Of a stretch of DNA of 64,000 bases, positions 22,327 to 34,004 are shown in pieces. Source of the DNA: Leucoraja erinacea (taxonomy: Eukaryota); assembly GCF_028641065.1 (NCBI RefSeq), contig NC_073379.1, positions 39,990,001 to 40,054,000 of the forward strand, read 5' to 3'. The position numbers and the translations under genes are program-made. The notes beneath the pieces are model-generated. The model did not search any database. It was not told the origin of the DNA and was given only the letters and a program-made list of their open reading frames with translations. How positions within the stretch are numbered: the stretch's first letter is position 1; each line of letters opens with the position of its first letter.

Positions 22327-25300
22327 ATGTCTGTGGTCAGATCTGATGCTCAGTCACAAGATGGCAATGTTGGAAAGGATTCTGAAAAGGGAAGAAGGTT
22401 TATTAAATACACTGCCAAAGGCTTGGAATTGGTCATTGAAATGTGTCGGAAGACAAGAAACTCTATATGTAAACAAGCAAACAAACTAATTGGAATGCTG
22501 AAAGAGCTCATGAAATCCATTGAATATACAAAGGAAGTCCAATCTAACCTGGTTCAATTAATCAAGCTGTGATGAGGTCAGAGAAAACCATGAGTCATTG
22601 GTGAAGTTACTGCCTGACAATGAGCTTGAAATGCAAAATTAGTGGTTTCAACAAAGAATGGAAGTTTTTAATGGTTTTATACAAGATGTTATGGTGTGGT
22701 TATCTGATGTTGGACCGTAAACTACAAACTACATAGCTGAAACTGCCATACAACAGAGTGTTGTAAACTCAGATGACATTGGACCTGATGACATTGTTTC
22801 AAATGTCTCAAATCCTAAATTAAGCCACAAATCTAGTTTTCATCATGTGCATCTTCAACGGTCTCTGCTCGCATTGAAGTTTAGGCAGAAAGGGCTGCTC
22901 TCTTGGAACGGGTTGCTGCCCTGAACAAAAAGCAAGAGCTTGAGGCACAAGATGTACAAGTGGAAAGAAAGAAAGAACAAGTGGAAAGAGAGAAAGAACA
23001 GTTGAAAGGAGAGAAACAGCTGGGACAAAAGACTGAACTGGCAGCAACCAATGCAAAGATCAATGCACTTGCGGCCATGGGATCAAGAAGCAGCTCTAGA
23101 GTATCTGAGAGGATGAGCTCTTATATGAGAAGAGGAACTGTTCAAAGGGGAAAAAAAAGCTAAAATAGATCCACATGCAGACGAATACTTACCTGCTCAA
23201 GTGCAACAAAGCCAGAATGTGTTGATGGGAATTGAATCTTCCTCCCAGCAACAGGTTGTTAGACCAAAACAAACAACTCATGGACCATCTGATAGAGCTC
23301 ATGATATGACCCACCAATACTCTCTTGAAAGGCAAAATGTACAGACTCGTATGCAAATGGGTGTGCAGGGGCATGTTCGCAACCCCCCCTCCCCACCTCT
23401 GTACCGAATGATGGCAACCAAGGTGATATCTGGAACCTAATTCAGAGGCCAAATGACATCACTGCCCTTCTGGCTCAACAAAATCTCTCTTCTACTTTAC
23501 CACCAAGAAATTCCTGTTTACGATGGTGATCCTTTGAAGTATGAAGTTTTCATCATGGCATTTGAGAGAGGAGTGGGAAGAGAGACTAATGATGACAGTG
23601 ATTGCTTGCATTTTGTAGAACAATACACAAGAGGACATCCAAAATACTTAGTCTGCAGCTCCCAACATTTGCCTCCAGCCCAGGGCTACCAAAGAGCAAA
23701 AGATCTACCTACTTAAAGACCATTTTGGTAATGAACATAAGATTGTCACTGCATATATGGTCAAGGCATTTGCCTGGTCAGTGCTCAGATCAGAGGATGT
23801 GAAGGCATTGCAAGCATTCTTGCTGTTCCTTAGAGGTTGTTGCAATGCAATGGACCATCAAGGAAGTATGATGTTGTGGCGATCAGTGAAACATGGTTGC
23901 ACGAGGGCTGTGATTGGAAATTAAATATTCCAGGATTTTGTTGCTTCAGGTGTGATAGAATTGGAGGGGCAAGAGGTGGAGGTGTTGCATTGCTTATCAG
24001 GGAAGATATTACAGCAGTGCTTTGGCAGGATAGATTAGAAGGCTCGTCTAGGGAGGCTATTTGGGTGGAACTGAGAAATGGGAAAGGGGTAGCAACACTT
24101 ATAGGGGTGTATTATAGACCGCCAAATGGGGAGCGAGAATTGGAAGAGCAAATATGTAAGGAGATTGCAGATATTAGTAGTAAGCACAAGGTAGTGATTG
24201 TGGGAGATTTCAATTTTCCACGCATAGACTGGGAAACACATTCTGTAAATGGGCTGGATGGTTTGGAGTTTGTAAAATGTGTGCAGGATAGTTTTTTGCA
24301 ACAATACATAGAAGTACCTACTAGAGAAGGGGCGGTACTGGACCTCCTGTTAGGAAATGAGATGGGTCAGGTGGCAGAGGTATGCGTTGGGGAACAGTTC
24401 GGGTCCAGTGATCACAATAGCATTAGTTTCAATATAATTATGGAGAGGGACAAAACTGGACCTAGGGTTGAGATTTTTGATTGGAGAAAGGCTAACTTTG
24501 AGGAGATGCGAAAGGATTTAAAAGGAGTAAATTGGGACAGTTTGTTTTATGGGAAAGATGTGGAAGAGAAATGGAGTACATTTAACGGTGAAATTTTAAG
24601 AGTACAGAATCTTTATCTCCCTGTTCGGCTGAAAGGAAATCGTAAAAATTGTAAAGAGCCATGGTTTTCAAGGGAAATTGGACACTTGGTTCGGAAAAAG
24701 AGGGAGATCTACAATAATTATAGGCAGCATGGAGTAAATGAGGTGCTTGAGGAGTATAAAGAATGTAAAAAGAATCTTAAGAAAGAAATTAGAAAAGCTA
24801 AAAGAAGATATGAGGTTGCTTTGGCAAGTAAGGTAAAAGTAAATCCGAAGGGTTTCTACCGCTATATTAATAGCAAAAGGATAACGAGGGATAAAATTGG
24901 TCCATTAGAGAGTCAGAGTGGACAACTATCTGCAGAGCCAAAAGAGATGGGGGAGATATTGAACAGTTTCTTTTTTTCGGTATTCACTAAGGAGAAGGAT
25001 ATTGAATTATGTGAGGTAAGGGAAACAGGTAGAGTAGCTATGGAAACTATGAGGATCAAAGAAGAGGAAGTACTGACACTTTTGAGAAATATAAAAGTGG
25101 ATAAGTCTCCAGGTCCGGACAGGATATTCCCTAGGACATTGAGGGAAGTTAGTGTAGAAATAGCAGGGGCTATGGCAGAAATATTTCAAATGTCATTAGA
25201 AACGGGAATAGTGCCGGAGGATTGGCGTACTGCACATGTTGTTCCATTGTTTAAAAAGGGGTCTAAGAGTAAACCTAGCAATTATAGACCTGTTAGTTTG

Positions 25301-26951
25301 ACGTCAGTGGTGGTCAAATTAATGGAAAGAATACTTAGAGATAATATATATAAGCATCTGGATAAACAGGGTCTGATTAGGAACAGTCAACATGGATTTG
25401 TGCCTGGAAGGTCTTGTTTAACTAATCTTCTTGAATTTTTTGAAGATGTTACTCGGGAAATTGATGAGGGTAACGCAGTGGATGTTGTGTATATGGACTT
25501 CAGTAAGGCCTTTGACAAGGTTCCTCATGGAAGGTTGGTTAAGAAGGTTCAATGGTTGGGTATAAATGGTGGAGTAGCAAGATGGATTCAACAGTGGCTG
25601 AATGGGAGATGCCAGAGAGTAATGGTGGATCGGTGTTTGTCAGGTTGGAGGCCAGTGACGAGTGGGGTGCCACAGGGATCTGTGTTGGGTCCACTGTTGT
25701 TTGTCATGTACATCAATGATCTGGATGATGGTGTGGTAAATTGGATTAGTAAGTATGCAGATGATACTAAGCTAGGTGGGGTTGCGGGTAATGAAGTAGA
25801 GTTTCAAAGTCTACAGAGAGATTTATGCCAGTTGGAAGAGTGGGCTGAAAGATGGCAGATGGAGTTTAATGCTGATAAGTGTGAGGTGCTACATCTTGGC
25901 AGGACAAATCAAAATAGGACGTACATGGTAAATGGTAGGGAATTGAAGAATGCAGGTGAACAGAGGGATCTGGGAATAACTGTGCACAGTTTCCTGAAAG
26001 TGGAATCTCATATAGATAGGGTGGTAAAGAAAGCTTTTGATGTGCTGGCCTTTATAAATCAGAGCATTGAGTATAGCAGTTGGGATGTAATGTTAAAATT
26101 GTACAAGGCATTGGTGAGGGCAATTCTGGAGTATGGTGTACAATTTTGGTCGCCTAATTATAGGAAGGATGTCAACAAAATAGAGTACAGAGGAGGAGAT
26201 TTACTAGAATGTTGCCTGGGTTTCAGCAACTAAGTTACAGAGAAAGGTTGAACAAGTTAGGGCTTTATTCTTTGGAGCGCAGAAGGTTAAGGGGAGACTT
26301 GACAGAGGTTTTTAAAATGATGAGAGGGATAGACAGAGTTGACGTGGATAAGCTTTTCCCACTGAGAGTAGGGAAGATTCAAACAAGGGGACATGACTTG
26401 AGAATTAAGGGACAGAAGTTTAGGGGTAACATGAGGGGGGAACTTCTTTACTCAGAGAGTGGTACATGACTTGGAATGAAGGGACAGTGAAGGTTAGGAT
26501 GGTAACATGGTTCGTTTTTATCTTCTTTAAAAATAAATTGAGATAGTAGCTGGGAAGGGAATGGAGGGTTATGGTCTCTGAGCGCAGAGGTGAATAGACT
26601 GAGGTGGAATGACTTCCAGTGAAGGTGGTGGGGCAGGTTCGTTTTATCATTTAAAAATAAATGGGATATTGATATGGATGGGAAGGGAATGGAGGGTTAT
26701 GGTCTGAGCGCAGGTATATGGGACTAGGGGAGATTATGTGTTCGGCACGGACTAGAAGGGTCGAGATGGCCTGTTTCCGTGCTGTAATTGTTATATGGTT
26801 ATATGGTTATATGGTTATATCTCACCTATATGGATGAATTTTGCTTCTAATATGGAGACCATCCTTCTAAAACTGCCTCACAAGCTCAGAGACATGTGGA
26901 GGGATAGGGCATGTCAGCTACAGGAAAAGCGTGGACATCGAGCCGGTGTTT
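22327..26951 (+). mobile_element. BEL/Pao gag pseudogene (DUF1759-like), split by CR1
   Basis: GRRFIKYTAKGLE; coiled-coil; EIPVYDGDPLKYEVFIMAFE..LEQYT-like (VEQYTRG)..HFGNEHKI..FLRGCCNAM, resuming after CR1 at 26819 with LTYMDE..ILLKLPHKLRDMWR. Confidence 0.85.
23860..26818 (+). mobile_element. CR1 family B with near-complete ORF2 (APE endonuclease + RT), (ATATGGTT)n tail
   Basis: 798-aa ORF 23837-26233: VVAISETWL, GVYYRPP, IVGDFN, LDLLL, SDH; RT GVPQGSVLGP, KYADD; frameshift near 26180; apparent ATC target duplication. Confidence 0.95.
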
Positions 26952-27772
26952 ATGGCAGATGGAGTTTAATGATGATAAGTGTGAGGTGCTGCATCTTGGC
27001 AGGACAAATCAAAATAGGACGTACATGGTAAATGGTAGGGAATTGAAGAATGCAGGTGAACAGAGGGATCTGGGAATAACTGTGCACAGTTCCCTGAAAG
27101 TGGAATCTCATGTAGATAGGGTGGTAAAGAAAGCTTTTGATGTGCTGGCCTTTATAAATCAGAGCATTGAGTATAGCAGTTGGGATGTAATGTTAAAATT
27201 GTACAAGGCATTGGTGAGGCCAATTCTGGAGTATGGTGTACAATTTTGGTCGCCTAATTATAGGAAGGATGTCAACAAAATAGAGTACAGAGGAGATTTA
27301 CTAGAATGTTGCCTGGGTTTCAGCAACTAAGTTACAGAGAAAGGTTGAACAAGTTAGGGCTTTATTCTTTGGAGCGCAGAAGGTTAAGGGGAGACTTGAT
27401 AGAGGTCTTTAAAATGATGAGAGGGATAGACAAAGTTGACGTAGATAAGCTTTTCCCACTGAGAGTAGGGAAGATTCAAGCAAGGGGACATGACTTGAGA
27501 ATTAAGGGACAGAAGTTTAGGGGTAACATGAGGGGGAACTTCTTTACTCAGAGAGTGGTGGCTGTGTGGAATGAGCTTCCAGTGAAGGTGGTGGAGGCAG
27601 GTTCGTTTTTATCATTTAAAAATAAATTGGATAGTTATATGGACGGGAAGGAATGGAGGTTTATGGTCTGAGTGCAGGTATATGGGACTAGGGGAGAATA
27701 CGTGTTCGGCACGGACTAGAAGGGTCGAGATGGCCTGTTTCCGTGCTGTAATTGTTATATGGTTATATGGTT
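26952..27772 (+). mobile_element. CR1 family B, 5'-truncated
   Basis: ORFs 26911-27330 and 27306-27671; near-identical to 25850-26818. Confidence 0.93.
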
Positions 27773-27773
27773 T

Positions 27774-28595
27774 AGACATCCTACACACCAGCCCCTAATT
27801 GCATATAACAAAATAATTACCAATAAACATTTAAAGGAGCCATAAAAACATTACACATTTAAAAAAAAAAGGTATGTACTATGTTTAAAAAGGAACTGCA
27901 GATGCTGGAAAATCGAAGGTAGACAAAAATGTTGGAGAAACTCAGCGGGTGAGGCAGCATCTATGGAGCGAAGGAAATAGGCAACGTTTCGGGTCAATAC
28001 CCTTCTTTAGACTCGTTTCGGGCTGCATATGTACTATGTGTTGACATTTAATCTTCTTTGGTGATTCGTCAATCTTCTTCTCTTCCATCTTCTTATCCTT
28101 ATCTTGCTGTACCTAGGTCTCAGCTTCTTGGAGCAGACATATCTTTGTTATCGGTCTTTCCAAAATGTTGCTCTTAGTCTGAAATCGAACTGTGCGCACA
28201 AGACCTTGTGCATCTGATATGGTCTCCAATATTCTGCCCATTAACCAGGAGCCTCGTGGTGTAGTGGAATCAGCCACCAGAACAATGTCACCTGGAGCAA
28301 AGCTTCTTCTTACCCTTGACCATCGTTGTCATTCTTGGATTAGAGCCAAGTGTTGCTGTGTCCACCGTTTCCTAAAGAGATTGCACCTGTCTCCATCTGC
28401 GTTTAATGTACAAGTCTTCCTTTACAAAGAGTCCAGGTGATAGTATTGGCTTGGTTTTCAACAGAAGAAGATGGTTTGGTGTGAGTGCTTCCAGGTCCAT
28501 TGGATCATCAGAACTCTTGGTAATACGTCGATCATTTAAAATTGCTTCAACTTCACCAATTAAAGTTTGCAATCCTTCATCGTCCAGAACCGGAT
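27774..28595 (-). mobile_element. BEL/Pao integrase C-terminus (DUF5641-like), polypurine tract and LTR stub
   Basis: EVEAILNDR.IT..SDDP.DLEALTPNHLLL, RRWRQVQ, GDIVLV, GLVRTV, LERPITKICLL; antisense CAATTAGGGGCTGG-TGTGTAGG at 27777-27801; Penelope terminal fragment inserted ~27885-28025. Confidence 0.88.
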
Positions 28596-29199
28596 CTTTA
28601 GGCCAAGGGTGTGGGATGCAGTATCCAATGCATCCTCTGAACAGATTCAATCTAGAGTAGGCAAACCAATCGCCACACCTTGTAAGGCACCAGATGAAGA
28701 TCACATCAGCTGGAGGTGCTTTTACCTGGACTTCTGTATTCACCATGTATTTTTACCGGGACTTCTGTATTCACCATTCTGAAGCTGTTTGCCACACACA
28801 GCTGATTTGAATGCAGAGGAGTATATTGCAGCTTCCCGCTTCCCAGCTGCAAGAATGTACAGATGCATACACCACAGTAAAGGTATGGAACCTTTCTCAT
28901 CTGCAGAAATGCACTTTGGCATTGAGAGCATTAAATATTAACTGTGCTCAAGTCTTTGCATGAGTCTGTGGTCCCCCCTGACTGATGCACACCGCATCAC
29001 CCACTCCACCCGTAATAAGCAATAGGGGATCTTAAAGGAGATATTTCAGTTTAGGTATATTTCCATGAGAAGGGAATGGAAAGGAACTCGAAGTTAAGCT
29101 TATTTGCATGATGCAGAAGGTAGAGAATATGATGAAATAAAAGGGGCTTAATGTATCTTAGCTGAACTCTTCATGCAAGAATCAAGCTAGATCCAATAA

Positions 29200-31165
29200 G
29201 CTGAAAGAGGAAGTGAAGTGGAAAATAACACAAATGTGAACTGAAAGGTCTTCCATCAGCATGTAACATTCAAAGTAGGACCTGCCAGGGTCATAAAAGA
29301 TTAATGCTTCGAGTTGTGGGATAAGGATGGAATACTTAATGACTACTTTGTGTCCGTTTATGAAGGAAGTGAGTGCTCAGAAAATATCAGTAGAGACGGA
29401 GCTGGGAACGAAAACCGTTAACCTGAATGTGTCAGAGAAACCAACTCCACTTGGAACGGATAATTTCTCTGAGCTGGATGGCTTTCAACCATGGTAGACA
29501 ATGGAGACAGGGGTAGACATGTTAGAGGACTTTTCTAGATGTGAAGGAAATGCTGGAGGATTGAATGGTGCCGTGCCTCATTCAAGAAGGAATGTTCCCA
29601 GTAACTCCAGGCTGATCATCAGTGGTAGGTAAGATGTTAGAAACTATAATCGGTAACTTGGACAGGTTAGACCACACACAGATTAGTAAAATGTAGATGA
29701 TGTTTGACTAGCCTGTTTGAAAAATGTCTGACAAAGTAACAGAGGAGGTTCATTAAATGAAAGTATGTGTTGTAGTACAAAATAAATAGCTTGCTGACAC
29801 AATTAAGTGGTTTTAATGGACAGATTGAAACAGGCCTGAGGAGAGGAAAGCAGCAAATGGTGGTAAATTATTGAATTTCATACTGAAGGATGATAGGCAG
29901 TGGTAATATATGTAAATAAATGACTTGGATATTGGAATCTGACGTGAAATTGTCTGATGATTCCAGGTTGGGAGGGTGGTAGTACTTGACTGCAACAGGT
30001 AACAAGTGAGCTACAGAATGGCTGTGAAGTGGCACATGGAATTTTATACACAGAAAGGTGAGGTGGTGTATTTTGGCAAAAGGAATGGGAGAGTTAATGT
30101 TGACATTGTGTTGCATTTCGAAAGAGTGTGCATGGACAGAGGGACGAGGGTGTCCATGTGCATAGATCTTTCATGCGACAGGTCAGTTGCAGGCGTGGTT
30201 AAGAAAGTGTGTGGGATCTTATGATTCAGAGAGTTACTGAGAACAAAAGGAGAGATATTATGCCGAATCTTGGCATTAGATAAAGCCAGAGTACCTTGTC
30301 AATACTTTCGGAAAGATGTCAATGTCCTGGAATGAGTATAGAAGACTCATACAGTATAGAAGAGCTTTACAAGAATGGTTCTATGGATGATGGAGAAGGC
30401 AGGAACGGGGTACTGATTGTGGATGATCAGCCGTGATCATGGTGAATGGTGATGCTAGCTTGAAGGGCTGAGCAGCCTACTCCTGCACCTAGTGTCTATT
30501 GTCCATTGTCTATAAAGTTAGTTTGGGGGAGCTATGCTTCGTACATTCATGTTACAAAGGCGGTTGGGGGGGGTGGGGGGGGGGGGGGGGGGGGGGGAAG
30601 ATTCCCTGGAGCTGCACAAGATTGTGACCTATTTAGATGTTGGAGAAAAAGAAACTGATGATACAAAGGCACATGGCAGAGATTTAAGATTTTGGACTTG
30701 AGATACAGAGGGGAAGTGCAGAAGAACTCTTTTACACAGGAAGTGGTAGAGGCATTAGGACAAGCACACCGAGTAGAAAGGTTTAGAGGAACCTGGGCCT
30801 AACAAAGGCAGTTGGACAAGCTCAGCTGGGCAACTTAGTCGGTTAGGACGCGTTGGGCCAAAGGACCTGTTTCCCTGGTGCACAAGTCTGAGCTAAAACT
30901 CTACCATCACAGTAGAAACAGATCATCATCGATGATTTCCAATCGACATTGAATAGTCAGAGGGTGGAAACAGGCCCTTCAGCCCAACTTGCCTACACTG
31001 GCCAACACGTCCCAGTTATACTAGTCCCACCTGCTCGCATTTGGTCCATATCCCTCCAAACCTGTCCTATCCATGTACCTACCTGTCTAACTGTTTCTTA
31101 AATGTTGGGCTAGTCCCAGTCTCTGGCAGCTCGTTCCATACCCCCAACATCCTTTGTGTGAAAGG
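29200..31165. mobile_element. Cluster of old CR1 fragments (mostly +; - at 30955-31165)
   Basis: Decayed AVKWHMEF..KGEVVYFGKRN; 3' UTR copy at 30390-30512 with (TGTCTAT) tail. Confidence 0.65.
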
Positions 31166-31519
31166 GAGGTAAACCTGCAGAGGTGAGGGGGGTAGATCGA
31201 GGTGCAGGAGGTGATTGGATGGCACTAGAGAGAACTGTCATGGACTAGAGGGACCGAATGGCCTCCTACAGCGCTGTGGCGACACCAGAAACACCCACCT
31301 ATTTTTTTTGACGGGGTGTATTCTAATGATTCTGATCTAGGGCTTTCCCAAATGATTGTCGATGGTGTCGGAAACCTCTCAGGTGAGGAGCTATCCATTC
31401 TCGTGGGCAGCCAGTTGCACATCGCCTGCTGTGGTCTGTAATAACAGCACTGTTCCACGTTGGGAAGGATCAGGTACAAGGCAACCCCCAGTTGTCTCAG
31501 AGAAGGAGGAGGATTTCTC

Positions 31520-31530
31520 TTCCTCCCTCC

Positions 31531-31586
<56 letters not shown>
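31520..31586. repeat. Poly-C run followed by (CT)n microsatellite
   Basis: Directly visible about 150-210 bp upstream of the TRPM3 ATG. Confidence 0.95.
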
Positions 31587-31588
<2 letters not shown>

Positions 31589-31735
31589 GCTGCCTATCTG
31601 CTGCTGTCGAGAGATCAGTTTAGGCTGGGTTTGCTTGCTGCTTCAGCTGCCGGCTCCTCCAGCCGCTCTGGATTACTTTGCTCCCCCTGCCCTCGACGTC
31701 CCTCTCACTCAAATGCTGGACAGCCAAGATCCGTC

Positions 31736-31825
31736 ATGAGCCACACCGAAGCATCCCGGCCTCTGAACTGGACCATCCGTAAGCTGTGCCACGCAGCTTT
31801 CCTGCCATCAGTTAGACTCCTCAAG
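31736..31825 (+). CDS. TRPM3: TRPM3 cation channel, alternative first coding exon (mammalian 'exon 2')
   Basis: Encodes [30 protein letters not shown]; recalled human TRPM3 reads [30 protein letters not shown]|AQKSWIERAF; ends in phase-0 donor AAG|GTATGA. Confidence 0.93.
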
Positions 31826-34004
31826 GTATGAGAAAGTGTCACTCGTGTAGCAATGGGATCCGCGCTCCGTGCTAGTGCCGCTAATCTTCGCCTGGAGAAG
31901 ACTATATTGCGGTCTGCGGTTGCTTGGACTGTTGCTGAATGTGCGGGAGTATTAAATCCCTTTTGCATTGCTTTTATTAACGGCATCCTTTATACGATGC
32001 GACGCGAAATTGAACTGGAGGTATCTGCATTGTCTTAACTCATTCTCTCCAGTGCTGGCAGCTAACAGGAGTGCAACACCGCACTCGGCGTTCCACAATG
32101 TGACAGCACCGCGCGGTTAAAAAAAATGCACAATTATAAACAGGCGCTGGCTGCTGTTACTCGCAGGGAAGAGTTTTCCTCTGATCGCTGCACAGTTAAC
32201 GACGTGCACTGCAGCGGAGATCAGTGTTCAAGTGACGAGTTAATTCATAACTATCATAGTTAAAGCTCCGGGGTTCCCAGTGGAGCGGGGGAGAATACAT
32301 CCGTAGCAAATGCTACGCTCAGTTAGTCTGGCCAGCAAAACACAAGGAGCAAATTATTTCTCATTCAGCTAATAAGTGCTATATATATATTTCTTTAAAA
32401 AATAAATGAACCCGACCTGGGTGTCGGAATTCCCTCTTGCAGGCGTGGCATGCCATGGAATAGTTGTGCATCAGCCATATAAGGGGTTCTGGTTTAGCAG
32501 TCTGCTGCAGAATCTTTGACAGCTGAAGGTGCAGTAAGATACTTTTATCGCCCTTTCAGTATGTACCGAAAATGGGACGGTTGTACTGCAGGAAGACCGA
32601 GAATACATTACAGAGAATAAATATTAGCTGGATCTGGGGCATGTGCTAATTGTGCTTTTTATTGCTGGTCAGACTGGGGCACTATCTTTTATCATTGTAA
32701 TGAGTGCAACATACATGCATGGCAAACCTTTTTTTTTTAAGCCTTATTACGGTGATCACTAAATCTTTCTAGCAACATTGTTGTGGCTGTTAATGACTTT
32801 TCATAATTTCATTCAATGCAATGCGGTGGCCAACCTGTTCGATCACTGGATGTGCGAGTTGTTTTTTGTTTGCACAATTTGGGTCTGATTGTAGTGGCTG
32901 AATAAGATGCAAAATGCAGGTCTCGAGTCAGCTATTCAACCCCAGAGTGGAATGCACAGAATACCGGAAACCGTTAAGTGGATATTTGCTGCCAAAATGA
33001 TAAGCAATTCAAGCGCGAGATTAATGCATTTTCTGTCTTCTCTCTAAGGAGAATTGTACGTTGTGAGTGTGCCTGAACACGTTTAGCAAGTCCATTGGCA
33101 TCAAATTGACTACAGCTCTGATGAGCCAATTGAGAATCGGTGCTGGACTTTGATGTGGACATGGTCCACTTTATGGGAACTGATGTCCTTTTTAACTGTT
33201 GATAATGCAAAGAGAGACAGAATTCTGCCCACCAAGTTCGTCAATATTTCACCTGAATCAGGAGAAAACAGGGAGCTGGAGCTTTAGACCAGAGAAGAAA
33301 AAAATCCATAATTGACGCCACCAACTTCATGTTGAAGCACACACATATCTAGTCAGTTGTAATGCTAATAAACATTTTACAGAACAGATTCACGCCACTG
33401 ACCCAAACTGCTCCACCTACCCCTCCCGCACCCCACCCCCATCACCCTTAGTGTTCATGCTCTTTGTGATGGCTCTCCCATCCTTCCGCATCTCATTCCA
33501 TCATAACATCTTCCATTCCTTTCTCTATCTCTCAGCTTCACTTAAATGTATTAATTCTATTCATCTAAACACTCCCATTGGAAGTGAGATCCATATCCTC
33601 CCTGTAAATCCTTAAACTACAATGAATTTCCGGCACAGAATTGGATCATCCAACCCAAGTTTGAGTTTATGCTGAACACAAGCTGTCTCCCATACCTGTT
33701 CAATTTTTGGTGACTAGGTTACACTTTCTCACTCTGCTGGGATCATCATTATAATCATAGAAAGAAAGGCATAGGAAATAGGTGCAGGAGTAGGCCATTT
33801 GGCCCTTCAAGCCAGCACTGCCATTCAATATGATCATGGCTAATTATCTAAAATCAATACACTGTTCCTGCTTTCCCCCCCCATATCCCTTGATTAATCA
33901 ATTATTGGATAAAACAACAGAAGATAGTGGGTGGATCGAGATGGTATGATGAACAGCATGAAGCTAAAAGACCATAGCAATATTTGGTTTATATTATTTT
34001 AAGA

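Larger units (their letters stand above)
31270..32300 (+). promoter_or_regulatory. CpG-rich putative alternative promoter / 5' UTR of TRPM3
   Basis: Repeat-free, visibly CpG-enriched segment around an ATG-bearing exon; TSS not determinable. Confidence 0.55.

Noticed and set aside
26460-26700. Scrambled repeat of CR1 3' sequence as a novel module
   Set aside because: Looks like a mixed consensus of offset copies; probable assembly artefact
28720-28777. Two-copy ~30-bp tandem repeat; also the 8-bp arrays elsewhere considered as CRISPR-like
   Set aside because: Simple local duplication and LINE tails; no spacers, vertebrate context
31460-31735. 123-aa ORF as a long Pro/Ser-Leu-rich TRPM3 N-terminus
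   Set aside because: Starts at TTG and translates poly-C/(CT)n; only the part from ATG 31736 has homology
32181-32224. Short hairpin CTGATC-GCTGCA...TGCAGC-GGA-GATCAG
   Set aside because: Short bulged stem, plausible by chance in GC-rich sequence
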